Below are positions 40,837-47,815 of a stretch of DNA of 64,000 bases, in pieces. The translations under genes were made by a program, and so were the position numbers. Source of the DNA: an uncultured Gammaproteobacteria bacterium (GTDB lineage: Bacteria > Patescibacteriota > Microgenomatia > CAYQLK01); NCBI GenBank assembly GCA_964404855.1, contig CAYOLO010000002.1, forward strand, positions 131,494 through 195,493. The letters are read 5' to 3'. Positions within the stretch are counted from its first letter, which is position 1, and the number at the start of each line of letters is the position of its first letter. A model generated the notes under the pieces. It was not told the origin of the DNA and ran no database searches. It saw only the letters and a program-made list of their open reading frames with translations.

Positions 40837-40989
40837 ATTAATTTGCTTTTTTTATTTTTTAAAAACTTAATAGGCGAGTTTTATTCTCGCGTAAGGCGAG
40901 ATTTTATACCAGTTAAATATAAAATGCAACCAAGGTAATTATGACTTTTTTGTTTGGCAAAAGCGATGTTAACCAAAAGACAGGCAATG

Positions 40990-41030
40990 AAAAAGGCCGA
41001 CCATCTGAATTAAAGATGACCGGCCTAGGG
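40990..41030 (-). terminator. rho-independent terminator of the 41052..41543 unit (aggccggtcatc/gatggtcggcct stem plus T-run)
   Basis: 12-bp stem with two G-U pairs, followed by TTTTTC on the minus strand, 22 nt after the stop. Confidence 0.45.
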
Positions 41031-41051
41031 AATTGGAGCGAAAGGGCGCTA

Positions 41052-41543
41052 CTAGCCGACAGGTGCGGCGAGGATTTGGTTGGTGAATTCTACTGGAGAG
41101 ACCGCGCGGAACGCGACTCCTCCAGGGTACTTGAGCTCACCGCCGTCAGGTGCTACTCGCATCACGACCATCATCTCGTCTCGAGTGACGATGAACGAGG
41201 CGTGGGCGGCAAGATACTCCGAGCCTACCTCGAAGACCGTGTGTGTGCCGAGTCTGTCGAAGCTGGCGTGGTGCTCACGAAGATATACCATCGAGATGAC
41301 ACCTTCGGTGACGACGACGAACTTCTCGTCTTGGCCGAGTTGCCAGCGAGGGTTGTTGAGATCGTTTTGGATGTTTCGGAAGTCCGAAGAGCTAAGCGCT
41401 CCCCAGCCAATCCGACGGCCGTCAGTGTTGTACCAAACGGCATCAGCGACGACGACCTCGAATCCTGTCCTTTTTTGGCCGAGGACTAAGCCCCCAAAAG
41501 GAGCGCCGAAGTCGCTTTCCGGATCAATGTCCGGATCGATCAT
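41052..41543 (-). CDS. GC-rich hypothetical protein (163 aa), unit 4 of the rpsJ|tuf insertion
   Basis: About 58% GC ORF preceded by a family-type promoter. Its overlapping + strand ORF, 40941..41489, is judged an antisense artefact. Confidence 0.5.
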   Translation of the reverse strand: MIDPDIDPESDFGAPFGGLVLGQKRTGFEVVVADAVWYNTDGRRIGWGALSSSDFRNIQNDLNNPRWQLGQDEKFVVVTEGVISMVYLREHHASFDRLGTHTVFEVGSEYLAAHASFIVTRDEMMVVMRVAPDGGELKYPGGVAFRAVSPVEFTNQILAAPVG

Positions 41544-41640
41544 GCCAGGACTGAGCTTTACGGTAAGAATTGTCTTTCTCCATTTTTAGGGTGCGACTTT
41601 TACGACTGTGGTTTTGCAACCACAGGTCGAAAGTGCGATA

Positions 41641-41670
41641 TTTATATCATTTTTGAAGCTAAATGTCAAA
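41641..41670 (-). promoter_or_regulatory. family promoter copy A (minus strand: tagtaTTTGACA-17-TATAAA)
   Basis: -35 TTGACA (+ 41665-41670 as tgtcaa), 17-nt spacer tttagcttcaaaaatga, -10 at 41641-41646. Confidence 0.55.
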
Positions 41671-41703
41671 TACTAGAGGATACTTTTCTTTTTAAGAAAC
41701 GAG

Positions 41704-41846
41704 GTTTTTCAATTACTTTAATTAGCACATCAAAAATCCCCGCGTGATTTTTGATTCTCACTTTTTGTTCACTCTTTTGCTTGTGCAAAAACCATGCTCG
41801 TTCACAAAAAGAGGTCTAATTAAAGTAATTGAGGGATTAAATGACA
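41704..41846. repeat. conserved ~140-bp intergenic element, copy A
   Basis: About 85-90% identical to copies at 42571-42710 and 43974-44113. Contains hairpin caaaaatc-cccgcgt-gatttttg and stem ttttgc/gcaaaa at 41775-41790. Confidence 0.7.
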
Positions 41847-41854
41847 AAAAAAAA

Positions 41855-41880
41855 GAGCCCTCCTTTTTAGGGGAGGGCTT
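41855..41880 (-). terminator. family terminator hairpin GCCCTCC-TTTTTAGG-GGAGGGC plus T9 (minus-strand sense)
   Basis: 17 nt downstream of the stop of 41897..42415. Identical hairpins at 42745, 61966 and 62648. Confidence 0.7.
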
Positions 41881-41896
41881 GAGGAAAGGACGAGGA

Positions 41897-42415
41897 CTAC
41901 CACGTTGTGAGGGGTGTTCGCCCCGCAGACGCGGCTTGCTCGAATTGCTTTAACGCAAAGCTTTCGTCCGCTTCGGAATCGAAGAAGACTTTGAATTGCT
42001 GGGTTGGAACGTCGAAGTGAACAACCACAAGGCGCGCTTCGGTTTGGGTAAAGCCGCCAACGGCACCTTCGAGCGCATAGTCGACGACTGATCCCAGATT
42101 GAAGGACGCGTAAAGACAGATTGGCCGACTACCGTGTTTGTTAACGTAGTCGACGGCCGCGCCTAGAGCGTGTATATAAGCCTGCTCTGGCCTAAGGATG
42201 TTGATGTCCTCGTAGCGCATAAGTGGCGTACAGTTCTCGACGAGCGTCAGATCGCCGCGATTACTGAACAGCGTGAGATGACGCATACCTTGCGGCAAGA
42301 TGTCGAGGAGGCTGGGTGCTGGCTGGGTCGCATGTGATCCTGTCTTTTTAAGGAACAGAAAAACTGTCACAACAGCTACGACTACCAGACTGGTTACGAC
42401 AAGCGAGATGAACAA
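41897..42415 (-). CDS. GC-rich membrane-anchored hypothetical protein (172 aa), unit 3
   Basis: N-terminal TM (FISLVVTSLVVVAVVTVFLFL) followed by a soluble domain with no recognisable motif. About 56% GC. Confidence 0.55.
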   Translation of the reverse strand: MFISLVVTSLVVVAVVTVFLFLKKTGSHATQPAPSLLDILPQGMRHLTLFSNRGDLTLVENCTPLMRYEDINILRPEQAYIHALGAAVDYVNKHGSRPICLYASFNLGSVVDYALEGAVGGFTQTEARLVVVHFDVPTQQFKVFFDSEADESFALKQFEQAASAGRTPLTTW

Positions 42416-42483
42416 AGCTTATGGGGCTCCTTTTAGCTAAATGTGCTTCTGAGTGAGTTTTTACACTTACCCAATTGTTGTAA

Positions 42484-42511
42484 TTATATCATATTTTGAG
42501 CCTATAGTAAA
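42484..42511 (-). promoter_or_regulatory. family promoter copy C (diverged -35 TTTACT, 16-17 nt spacer, TATAAT)
   Basis: -10 at + 42484-42489 (attata), with spacer ...ctcaaaatatga similar to the other copies. Confidence 0.4.
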
Positions 42512-42570
42512 GAATCTGGTGAAATCTAATTTTAATATTACACAGTAGGGTTTTCTACTTTGTAGAAACA

Positions 42571-42710
42571 GTTTTTTCAATCCCCTTTCTTGGCACGTTC
42601 AAAATCCCTGCGAGATTTTTCTCTTTCACTTTTTGCTCGCTCTTTTGTCTTACAGACAAAAACCATGCCCACTACGCAAAAAGAGATCCAAGAATGAGAA
42701 TTGAGAGATA
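42571..42710. repeat. conserved ~140-bp intergenic element, copy C
   Basis: Same element. The covarying stem here is ttttgtct/agacaaaa (42643-42661). Confidence 0.7.
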
Positions 42711-42744
42711 TGAATTATGAAAATGAAGTCAAGCAAGAAGAAGC

Positions 42745-42772
42745 CCTCCTTTTTAGGGGAGGGCTATGGGCG
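42745..42772 (-). terminator. family terminator hairpin GCCCTCC-TTTTTAGG-GGAGGGC
   Basis: Downstream of the glpX stop (42798). Confidence 0.7.
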
Positions 42773-42797
42773 GATTGGTTTGTGAAGCGAACCGAGA

Positions 42798-43733
42798 CTA
42801 GTTGTCACGATCCCAATTGTGTTCGGTCTCGATCCGGCGAATAGTGCCGGTGAGGCCTCGCATCACGACTGAGTGACTGACCGTCACTCCGTGCGCCAGA
42901 GGCTGGATGCCTTGAAGCATGGTACCGTTGGTCACGCCTGTGGCCGCGAAATATGTATCCTGACTGGACACGAGATCGTCAAGGTTCATGACCCTGTTGG
43001 GGTCAATCCCCTTTTCGAGAATGGCACGCCGTTCTTCATCGCGAGAGATGAATGGCCGGCACTGCATGTCGCCGCGGAGAGCGATGATACCGCAGGCAGC
43101 CGTGACAGCCTCAGGCGACCCACCGCTGCCAAGCAGCATGTGAGCACCTGTGCCTGGCATGCAGGCAACCAGAGCGCCGGCAATGTCGCCGTCGCCAATG
43201 AGGTTGATGCGTGCACCCGCTGCCCGAACAGCTTTGATGATTTCGTTGTTGCGATCCCTTTTGAGGATGGTGACAACGACGCTGTTGACGGGAATGTCGA
43301 GAGCCTTGGCAACCTGCTCGATGTTCCAAGCGACCGGAGCGGTGATGTCGATTTTGCCCTTGGCTTCCTTGCCCACGACAATCTTGTCGAGGTAAAAGAA
43401 GTCACGGACGTCGATCATGGTCCCGCCTGGTGCGGCGGCGATAACAGCGATGGAACCTTCTCGCCCTTCGGAGAGAATGGTCGTCCCGTCGACTGGGTCG
43501 ACAGCAACATCCATCTTGGGTCCATTGCCGTTGCCGACCACTTGGCCGTTGAACAGCATCGGAGCTTCGTCTTTTTCGCCTTCGCCGATTCTGACGATAC
43601 CGTCCATGTCGACCGTGGCAAGCATGGCGTTCATGGCGTCGACGGCGGCTTGGTCGGCACCAATCTTGTCACCAAGACCGAACCAACGGACGGCACCGAG
43701 AGCGGCAGCTTCGGAAACCCGAATGAGCTCCAT
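42798..43733 (-). CDS. glpX: class II fructose-1,6-bisphosphatase (GlpX-type FBPase/SBPase)
   Basis: MELIRVSEAAALGAVRWFGLGDK...DGIVRIGEGEKDEAPML...VDPVDGTT...IGDGDIAGAL...LLGSGGSPEAV is colinear with GlpX. The ORF-track start at 43916 lies upstream of this unit's own promoter, so the start was set to the conserved MELIRV Met. About 58% GC. Confidence 0.8.
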   Translation of the reverse strand: MELIRVSEAAALGAVRWFGLGDKIGADQAAVDAMNAMLATVDMDGIVRIGEGEKDEAPMLFNGQVVGNGNGPKMDVAVDPVDGTTILSEGREGSIAVIAAAPGGTMIDVRDFFYLDKIVVGKEAKGKIDITAPVAWNIEQVAKALDIPVNSVVVTILKRDRNNEIIKAVRAAGARINLIGDGDIAGALVACMPGTGAHMLLGSGGSPEAVTAACGIIALRGDMQCRPFISRDEERRAILEKGIDPNRVMNLDDLVSSQDTYFAATGVTNGTMLQGIQPLAHGVTVSHSVVMRGLTGTIRRIETEHNWDRDN

Positions 43734-43887
43734 CCCGATATTGCGATCGGGCGTGGGAGTGTAGTTCCTGACCTTGAGTGGTCCGGAAGGGATGACGAGG
43801 GTTTGTGCCGATGTAATGGGTTTGGTTCTCCTTCTCCAAATAAATGAGCTGTAACGGACGTCCGTAACGGTTGTCCAAAACGGCGAA

Positions 43888-43916
43888 ATCTTACCACTTT
43901 TGAAGCTGTATGTCAA
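43888..43916 (-). promoter_or_regulatory. family promoter copy B (tagtaTTTGACA-17-TAAGAT)
   Basis: -35 at + 43911-43916 (tgtcaa), spacer tacagcttcaaaagtgg, -10 at 43888-43893. Confidence 0.5.
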
Positions 43917-43973
43917 ATACTACGGGCCTAAATAATAGTTATTTTGGAAAATATTAGTTTTTAATTACAAATT

Positions 43974-44113
43974 GTTTTCAATCCACTTTCTTGGCACACC
44001 AAAAATCCCAGCGTGATTTTTGTTTTTCACTTTTTGTTTGTTCTTTTGCTTGTTAAGCAAAAACCATGCCCACTCACAAAAAGAGATCCAAGAAAGTAAA
44101 TTGAGGGATAGTG
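43974..44113. repeat. conserved ~140-bp intergenic element, copy B
   Basis: Same element. The covarying stem here is tttgctt/aagcaaa (44044-44062). Confidence 0.7.
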
Positions 44114-44151
44114 AAAAAACAGATAGGAAGTTTGGAGTATTAAAGACAAGA

Positions 44152-44180
44152 AAAAGCCCTCGGGGTGAGCCGAGGGCTGG
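44152..44180 (-). terminator. family terminator variant GCCCTCGG-GGTGAGC-CGAGGGC plus T-run
   Basis: Immediately downstream of the stop at 44204. Same outer stem as the main family. Confidence 0.6.
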
Positions 44181-44203
44181 GGGGTGAACTTGGGAGGTGT
44201 TGG

Positions 44204-44716
44204 CTAGGCCAACGCGAGACTGGCGCGACGCATCAGCGAGACGACGTCGCCGCCTTGGGGCATGCCTTCTTCGAAGCGCTCGATGGCGTCGCAGTAGGGT
44301 TTGTCGGCGAGATACTCGTCGGTATGGATCCGCATCAAAAACGGAACGATTTCCGTGATGGCGGAGCTGTTGCCGTGGACTACTTCGCCTCCCCGCTTGT
44401 GGCGGAAGAAGAACGAATAACCAATGGTCAGCTCGGTTTCGAGCAGCCACTCGTCGGTCTCGAGGTCGGAAACGTGGAGCCTGCCGGTCTTGACGGACTC
44501 ATTACGGTTAATGAGCACGCCGTTCTCGGTCAGGAGATACATGTTGCCGCTTCGGCTGGTAAGCAGAACGGCGTTGAACTTGTCCCCACCGAGGAGCATT
44601 GCACCTTCACTGAACATGTCGCTCAGCCTGAAGACCCTGTCCGAATTGGCTCGGTCGATCCGATGGGCAAGGTGGTTACCCTTAACCTGGACCAGAATTG
44701 CTTCGGCGCTAGCCAA
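44204..44716 (-). CDS. GC-rich hypothetical protein (170 aa), unit 1
   Basis: TTG start with AGAGG RBS. No recognisable motif. The overlapping + strand ORF 44165..44746 is judged an antisense artefact. Confidence 0.5.
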   Translation of the reverse strand: MASAEAILVQVKGNHLAHRIDRANSDRVFRLSDMFSEGAMLLGGDKFNAVLLTSRSGNMYLLTENGVLINRNESVKTGRLHVSDLETDEWLLETELTIGYSFFFRHKRGGEVVHGNSSAITEIVPFLMRIHTDEYLADKPYCDAIERFEEGMPQGGDVVSLMRRASLALA

Positions 44717-44751
44717 AGTGTCTACACCTCTTTCTTAATGTTCTAAGGTAT

Positions 44752-44780
44752 ATTATACCATATTATAGGCTTATTTTCAA
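44752..44780 (-). promoter_or_regulatory. sigma70-type promoter for unit 1 (TTGAAA-17-TATAAT, minus strand)
   Basis: + strand tttcaa at 44775-44780 and attata at 44752-44757. Confidence 0.45.
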
Positions 44781-44802
44781 TTCTGATTAAATGAAAATGG
44801 TC

Positions 44803-44836
44803 ACAAAAAACCCGCCTCACAGGACGGGTCTTTTGT
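44803..44836 (-). terminator. rho-independent terminator of tuf
   Basis: Minus-strand gacccgtcc-tgtgag-gcgggtttttt. Confidence 0.6.
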
Positions 44837-44958
44837 TTAAGTTGTTGCTTATATTAAGCGATTACTTAGTTATAGATGCTCGCCAAAATTCGTTTAATTT
44901 CTGCCGCTGGCAAAATTGCACTCAGTTTTGGCTACGCTCTTTCACAAAGCTACTTGCC

Positions 44959-46140
44959 TTAGGCAATTACCTTTGTGATGACTCCAGCACCTACGGTGTG
45001 GCCACCTTCGCGGATAGCAAAACGTAGACCTTCTTCCATAGCGACAGGTACGATGAGTTTGATTGTCATCTTGACTGTGTCACCAGGCATAACCATTTCG
45101 GTTCCTTCTGGAAGTTTAGCTTCACCAGTTACGTCAGTTGTACGGACGTAGAACTGTGGGCGGTATCCAGAGAAGAATGGAGTGTGGCGTCCACCTTCTT
45201 CTTTGGTGAGGATATAAACCTCAGCTTCGAATTCGGTGTGAGGGGTGGAAGTTCCTGGTTTAGTAAGAACTTGTCCACGCTCGACGTCGTCTTTTTCAAC
45301 TCCACGAAGTAGAACTCCAACGTTGTCTCCAGCTTGACCTTCGTCTAGCTGTTTGTTGAACATTTCGACTCCTGTGACGGTAGATTTCTTGATCGGGTTG
45401 ATACCAACGATTTCGATTTCTTCACCGACTTTGACAACTCCTCTTTCGATACGTCCTGTAACAACAGTTCCACGACCTTTAATCGAGAAAACGTCTTCGA
45501 CAGGCATCAAAAATGGCTTGTCAGTGTCGCGTTCAGGTGTTGGAACGAATTCGTCAACAGCTTTAAGCAATTCTTCGATACTCTTAACCCCTTCAGCGTC
45601 TCCTTCGAGAGCTTTGAGTGCAGAACCGCGAATAATCGGGGTTGTGTCTCCAGGGTATTGATACTTGGTCAAAAGTTCACGAATTTCCATCTCGACTAGA
45701 TCAAGAAGTTCTGGATCTTGAACCATATCAACCTTGTTCATAAAAACAACGATTGAAGGTACACCAACTTGACGTGCTAGCAAAATATGCTCGCGAGTCT
45801 GTGGCATTGGACCATCTGGAGCGGAAACAACAAGAATAGCACCGTCCATTTGAGCGGCACCGGTAATCATGTTCTTGATGTAGTCAGCGTGACCAGGGGC
45901 ATCAATGTGTGCGTAGTGTCTAGCTTCTGTCTCGTACTCAACGTGAGCGATAGAAATAGTAATACCACGCTGTCTTTCTTCAGGTGCCTTGTCGATTTGA
46001 TCGAAGGCTTTGAAGTTTGCCATTCCTTTGTCGGATTGGACTTTTGTAATAGCAGCAGTTGTAGTTGTTTTACCGTGGTCGACGTGACCGATGGTACCAA
46101 CGTTAACGTGCGGCTTGGTTCTTTCGAATTTGTCAGCCAT
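44959..46140 (-). CDS. tuf: elongation factor Tu
   Basis: [25 protein letters not shown]-motifs. 393 aa. Confidence 0.95.
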   Translation of the reverse strand: MADKFERTKPHVNVGTIGHVDHGKTTTTAAITKVQSDKGMANFKAFDQIDKAPEERQRGITISIAHVEYETEARHYAHIDAPGHADYIKNMITGAAQMDGAILVVSAPDGPMPQTREHILLARQVGVPSIVVFMNKVDMVQDPELLDLVEMEIRELLTKYQYPGDTTPIIRGSALKALEGDAEGVKSIEELLKAVDEFVPTPERDTDKPFLMPVEDVFSIKGRGTVVTGRIERGVVKVGEEIEIVGINPIKKSTVTGVEMFNKQLDEGQAGDNVGVLLRGVEKDDVERGQVLTKPGTSTPHTEFEAEVYILTKEEGGRHTPFFSGYRPQFYVRTTDVTGEAKLPEGTEMVMPGDTVKMTIKLIVPVAMEEGLRFAIREGGHTVGAGVITKVIA

Positions 46141-46270
46141 TTTTGGTTTTTCTCCTTAAATTAAACTTATATAAATAAGCCAAAAAAGCTCCTTTGCAAT
46201 TGAAGCTTTTTTTGGGCTTGTGTATTATTCAAATTACTACACGGTTTGTCAATATATAAAGTCTCTATGG

Positions 46271-47077
46271 CTAGTTGGCTAAACATTTGCCGGCGGAGTA
46301 GATTCGGGAGAAAATATTGTTCGATATCAAAAAATGATCCAATTTTGCCATAAGCAGGTTTTGCTTAGCCTCGTCTTGAGATTTGCAGCTTAGAATAAAT
46401 TGTTCAACAAAATAAACAATCGTGAGCAGTTTGGTGAGATTGGAATTAATGAATACCCCATTTTGGGTTAGTTTTTGAACAATCAGATCAAAATCCAGTG
46501 AAAAACCATCCGCAAAAAGTAGTGAATTACAAAACTCATATTCGAGAGGTCCAAATTGGAAGTGTTCAAAATCAATTATTTTAACCCCTGAATCGGTAAT
46601 GATCAGGTTGCCAATATGTAGATCTCGGTGCAGTGGTTGTGAAGGGAAATTGTCCCAGTCTACTCTGTTTATATAATCGATAATTTGGGTTATTTTCCCC
46701 GTTCGATCAGACCCGAGTTTTTGCCGTAAGACACGGATATTTGACTGAAATTGGCTCTTATTTGCTTGCAGATAATTGATCCATTCTGTGTTACCGGATA
46801 ATTGAGTCTTGTTGAGCTTAGTAATAATATCTGAAAGCTGGTCGCATATTAGCGGTTTGTTTATCTGGTCATTACTCTTTAGTTTGTCAAAAATCGTCAA
46901 ACGACCCAGACGAAAAACAATTTTCGGCGCACTACCCGGACTATTGAAATAGAAAGTATTGATTCCTAATTCCTCTCTTCTGGCTAGTTCGGCGGATGTG
47001 TAGAACTTGAGAATGAATTTGTCCATTACATCAATCACGTTGTGTACTCCCCTTCCGGTTTGGATTAATTTGATCAT
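46271..47077 (-). CDS. APH/ChoK-fold phosphotransferase (aminoglycoside-phosphotransferase-like kinase family)
   Basis: Brenner motif HRDLHIGNLII and IDFE(H) metal-binding motif. 268 aa. Confidence 0.65.
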   Translation of the reverse strand: MIKLIQTGRGVHNVIDVMDKFILKFYTSAELARREELGINTFYFNSPGSAPKIVFRLGRLTIFDKLKSNDQINKPLICDQLSDIITKLNKTQLSGNTEWINYLQANKSQFQSNIRVLRQKLGSDRTGKITQIIDYINRVDWDNFPSQPLHRDLHIGNLIITDSGVKIIDFEHFQFGPLEYEFCNSLLFADGFSLDFDLIVQKLTQNGVFINSNLTKLLTIVYFVEQFILSCKSQDEAKQNLLMAKLDHFLISNNIFSRIYSAGKCLAN

Positions 47078-47084
47078 TGATGTG

Positions 47085-47804
47085 TTAAATTTTTAAGTCG
47101 AAGAGTACACTTGGGAATTTTGGATTGAGTGTAAAAGCTTCGGCATATTCATTCTCTTTGCTGCGCCTAAGATGATAACCGCGGACACACGAAAGTGACT
47201 TCTCGAATACAGTTGATTTTGAATCAGCCTGAGACTCGTAAATACCGAATAGCTGCATCTTCTGATCAATATAATCAGTGATATCGACCAAAACCTGCGG
47301 CACTATCGGCAACATACCTTCACCATACAGAACGATAGGTGTGCGGTGAGGATCACCTAGTTCTGGTTTGACTCCGGTAGCGGACCAAAAGGAAGCCTCT
47401 TCGACGACATGAGCCGCTTCTCGGTGGTCAGAGTGGTAGTCAAGCGGATTCATAGTAAAAATCACTTCCGGCCTAACTTGTCTAATTATTTTGACTACTT
47501 TGAACATTAGTTTTTTGGAAAACTGAAGATTGAGGTCTTCTTCGGCAAGTAGGAATTTTTGTTTTAGACCCAAAAATTCAGTCGCTTTGTCAAATTCTCC
47601 CTCGCGCAAGTTAATAACCGTATTTTTCGCACTCTTTGATCCGTTTCGTCTATCTCTGCCCTCTTGAGAGTTAGTCAGCAGTATTTCGTAGGCATTGAAT
47701 CCTTGATTTTGGAGCTTGAATACACTGCCGGCACAGGTAATGTGATCGTCGGCGTGAGCTGAAACGATAAGTATATTTTTGGTACTAATGGGTTTTTTGG
47801 ACAT
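47085..47804 (-). CDS. PIG-L/LmbE-family N-acetylglucosaminyl deacetylase
   Basis: ILIVSAHADDHITCAGS zinc-binding motif, plus HSDHREA. Confidence 0.75.
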   Translation of the reverse strand: MSKKPISTKNILIVSAHADDHITCAGSVFKLQNQGFNAYEILLTNSQEGRDRRNGSKSAKNTVINLREGEFDKATEFLGLKQKFLLAEEDLNLQFSKKLMFKVVKIIRQVRPEVIFTMNPLDYHSDHREAAHVVEEASFWSATGVKPELGDPHRTPIVLYGEGMLPIVPQVLVDITDYIDQKMQLFGIYESQADSKSTVFEKSLSCVRGYHLRRSKENEYAEAFTLNPKFPSVLFDLKI

Positions 47805-47815
47805 GTTCCTCCTTT

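Noticed and set aside
41897-42415. Sortase identity for the membrane-anchored 172-aa GC-rich protein (LTLVENC resembles TLxTC)
   Set aside because: His-Cys-Arg spacing does not match sortase catalytic geometry, so the resemblance is probably fortuitous.
41704-44113. Sigma-54 promoter inside the conserved 140-bp element (TGGCAC present)
   Set aside because: TGGCAC is present, but the required TTGC at +5 spacing is absent in all copies (TGGCACgttcaAAAT / TGGCACaccaaAAAT).
41704-44113. Small peptide genes inside the 140-bp element (e.g. ATGCCCACTCACAAAAAGAGATCCAAG...)
   Set aside because: The putative peptides are 9-12 aa, the frame is broken by indels between copies, and there is no RBS.
40941-44746. 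Long + strand ORFs inside the GC-rich units (40941..41489, 42873..43847, 44165..44746, several 60-140 aa ORFs in 42986-43897)
   Set aside because: High-GC sequence yields long antisense ORFs. The translated products are Arg/Asp/Ala/Ser-rich low-complexity. The minus-strand partners are supported by promoters, RBSs, terminators and, for glpX, clear homology.
40850-44790. Classical integron (intI plus attI plus attC cassettes)
   Set aside because: No integrase or attI is present in the window. Each unit has its own promoter, unlike promoterless integron cassettes. The repeated element lies downstream of each ORF like an attC would, so an analogous mechanism cannot be excluded, but calling it an integron is unsupported.
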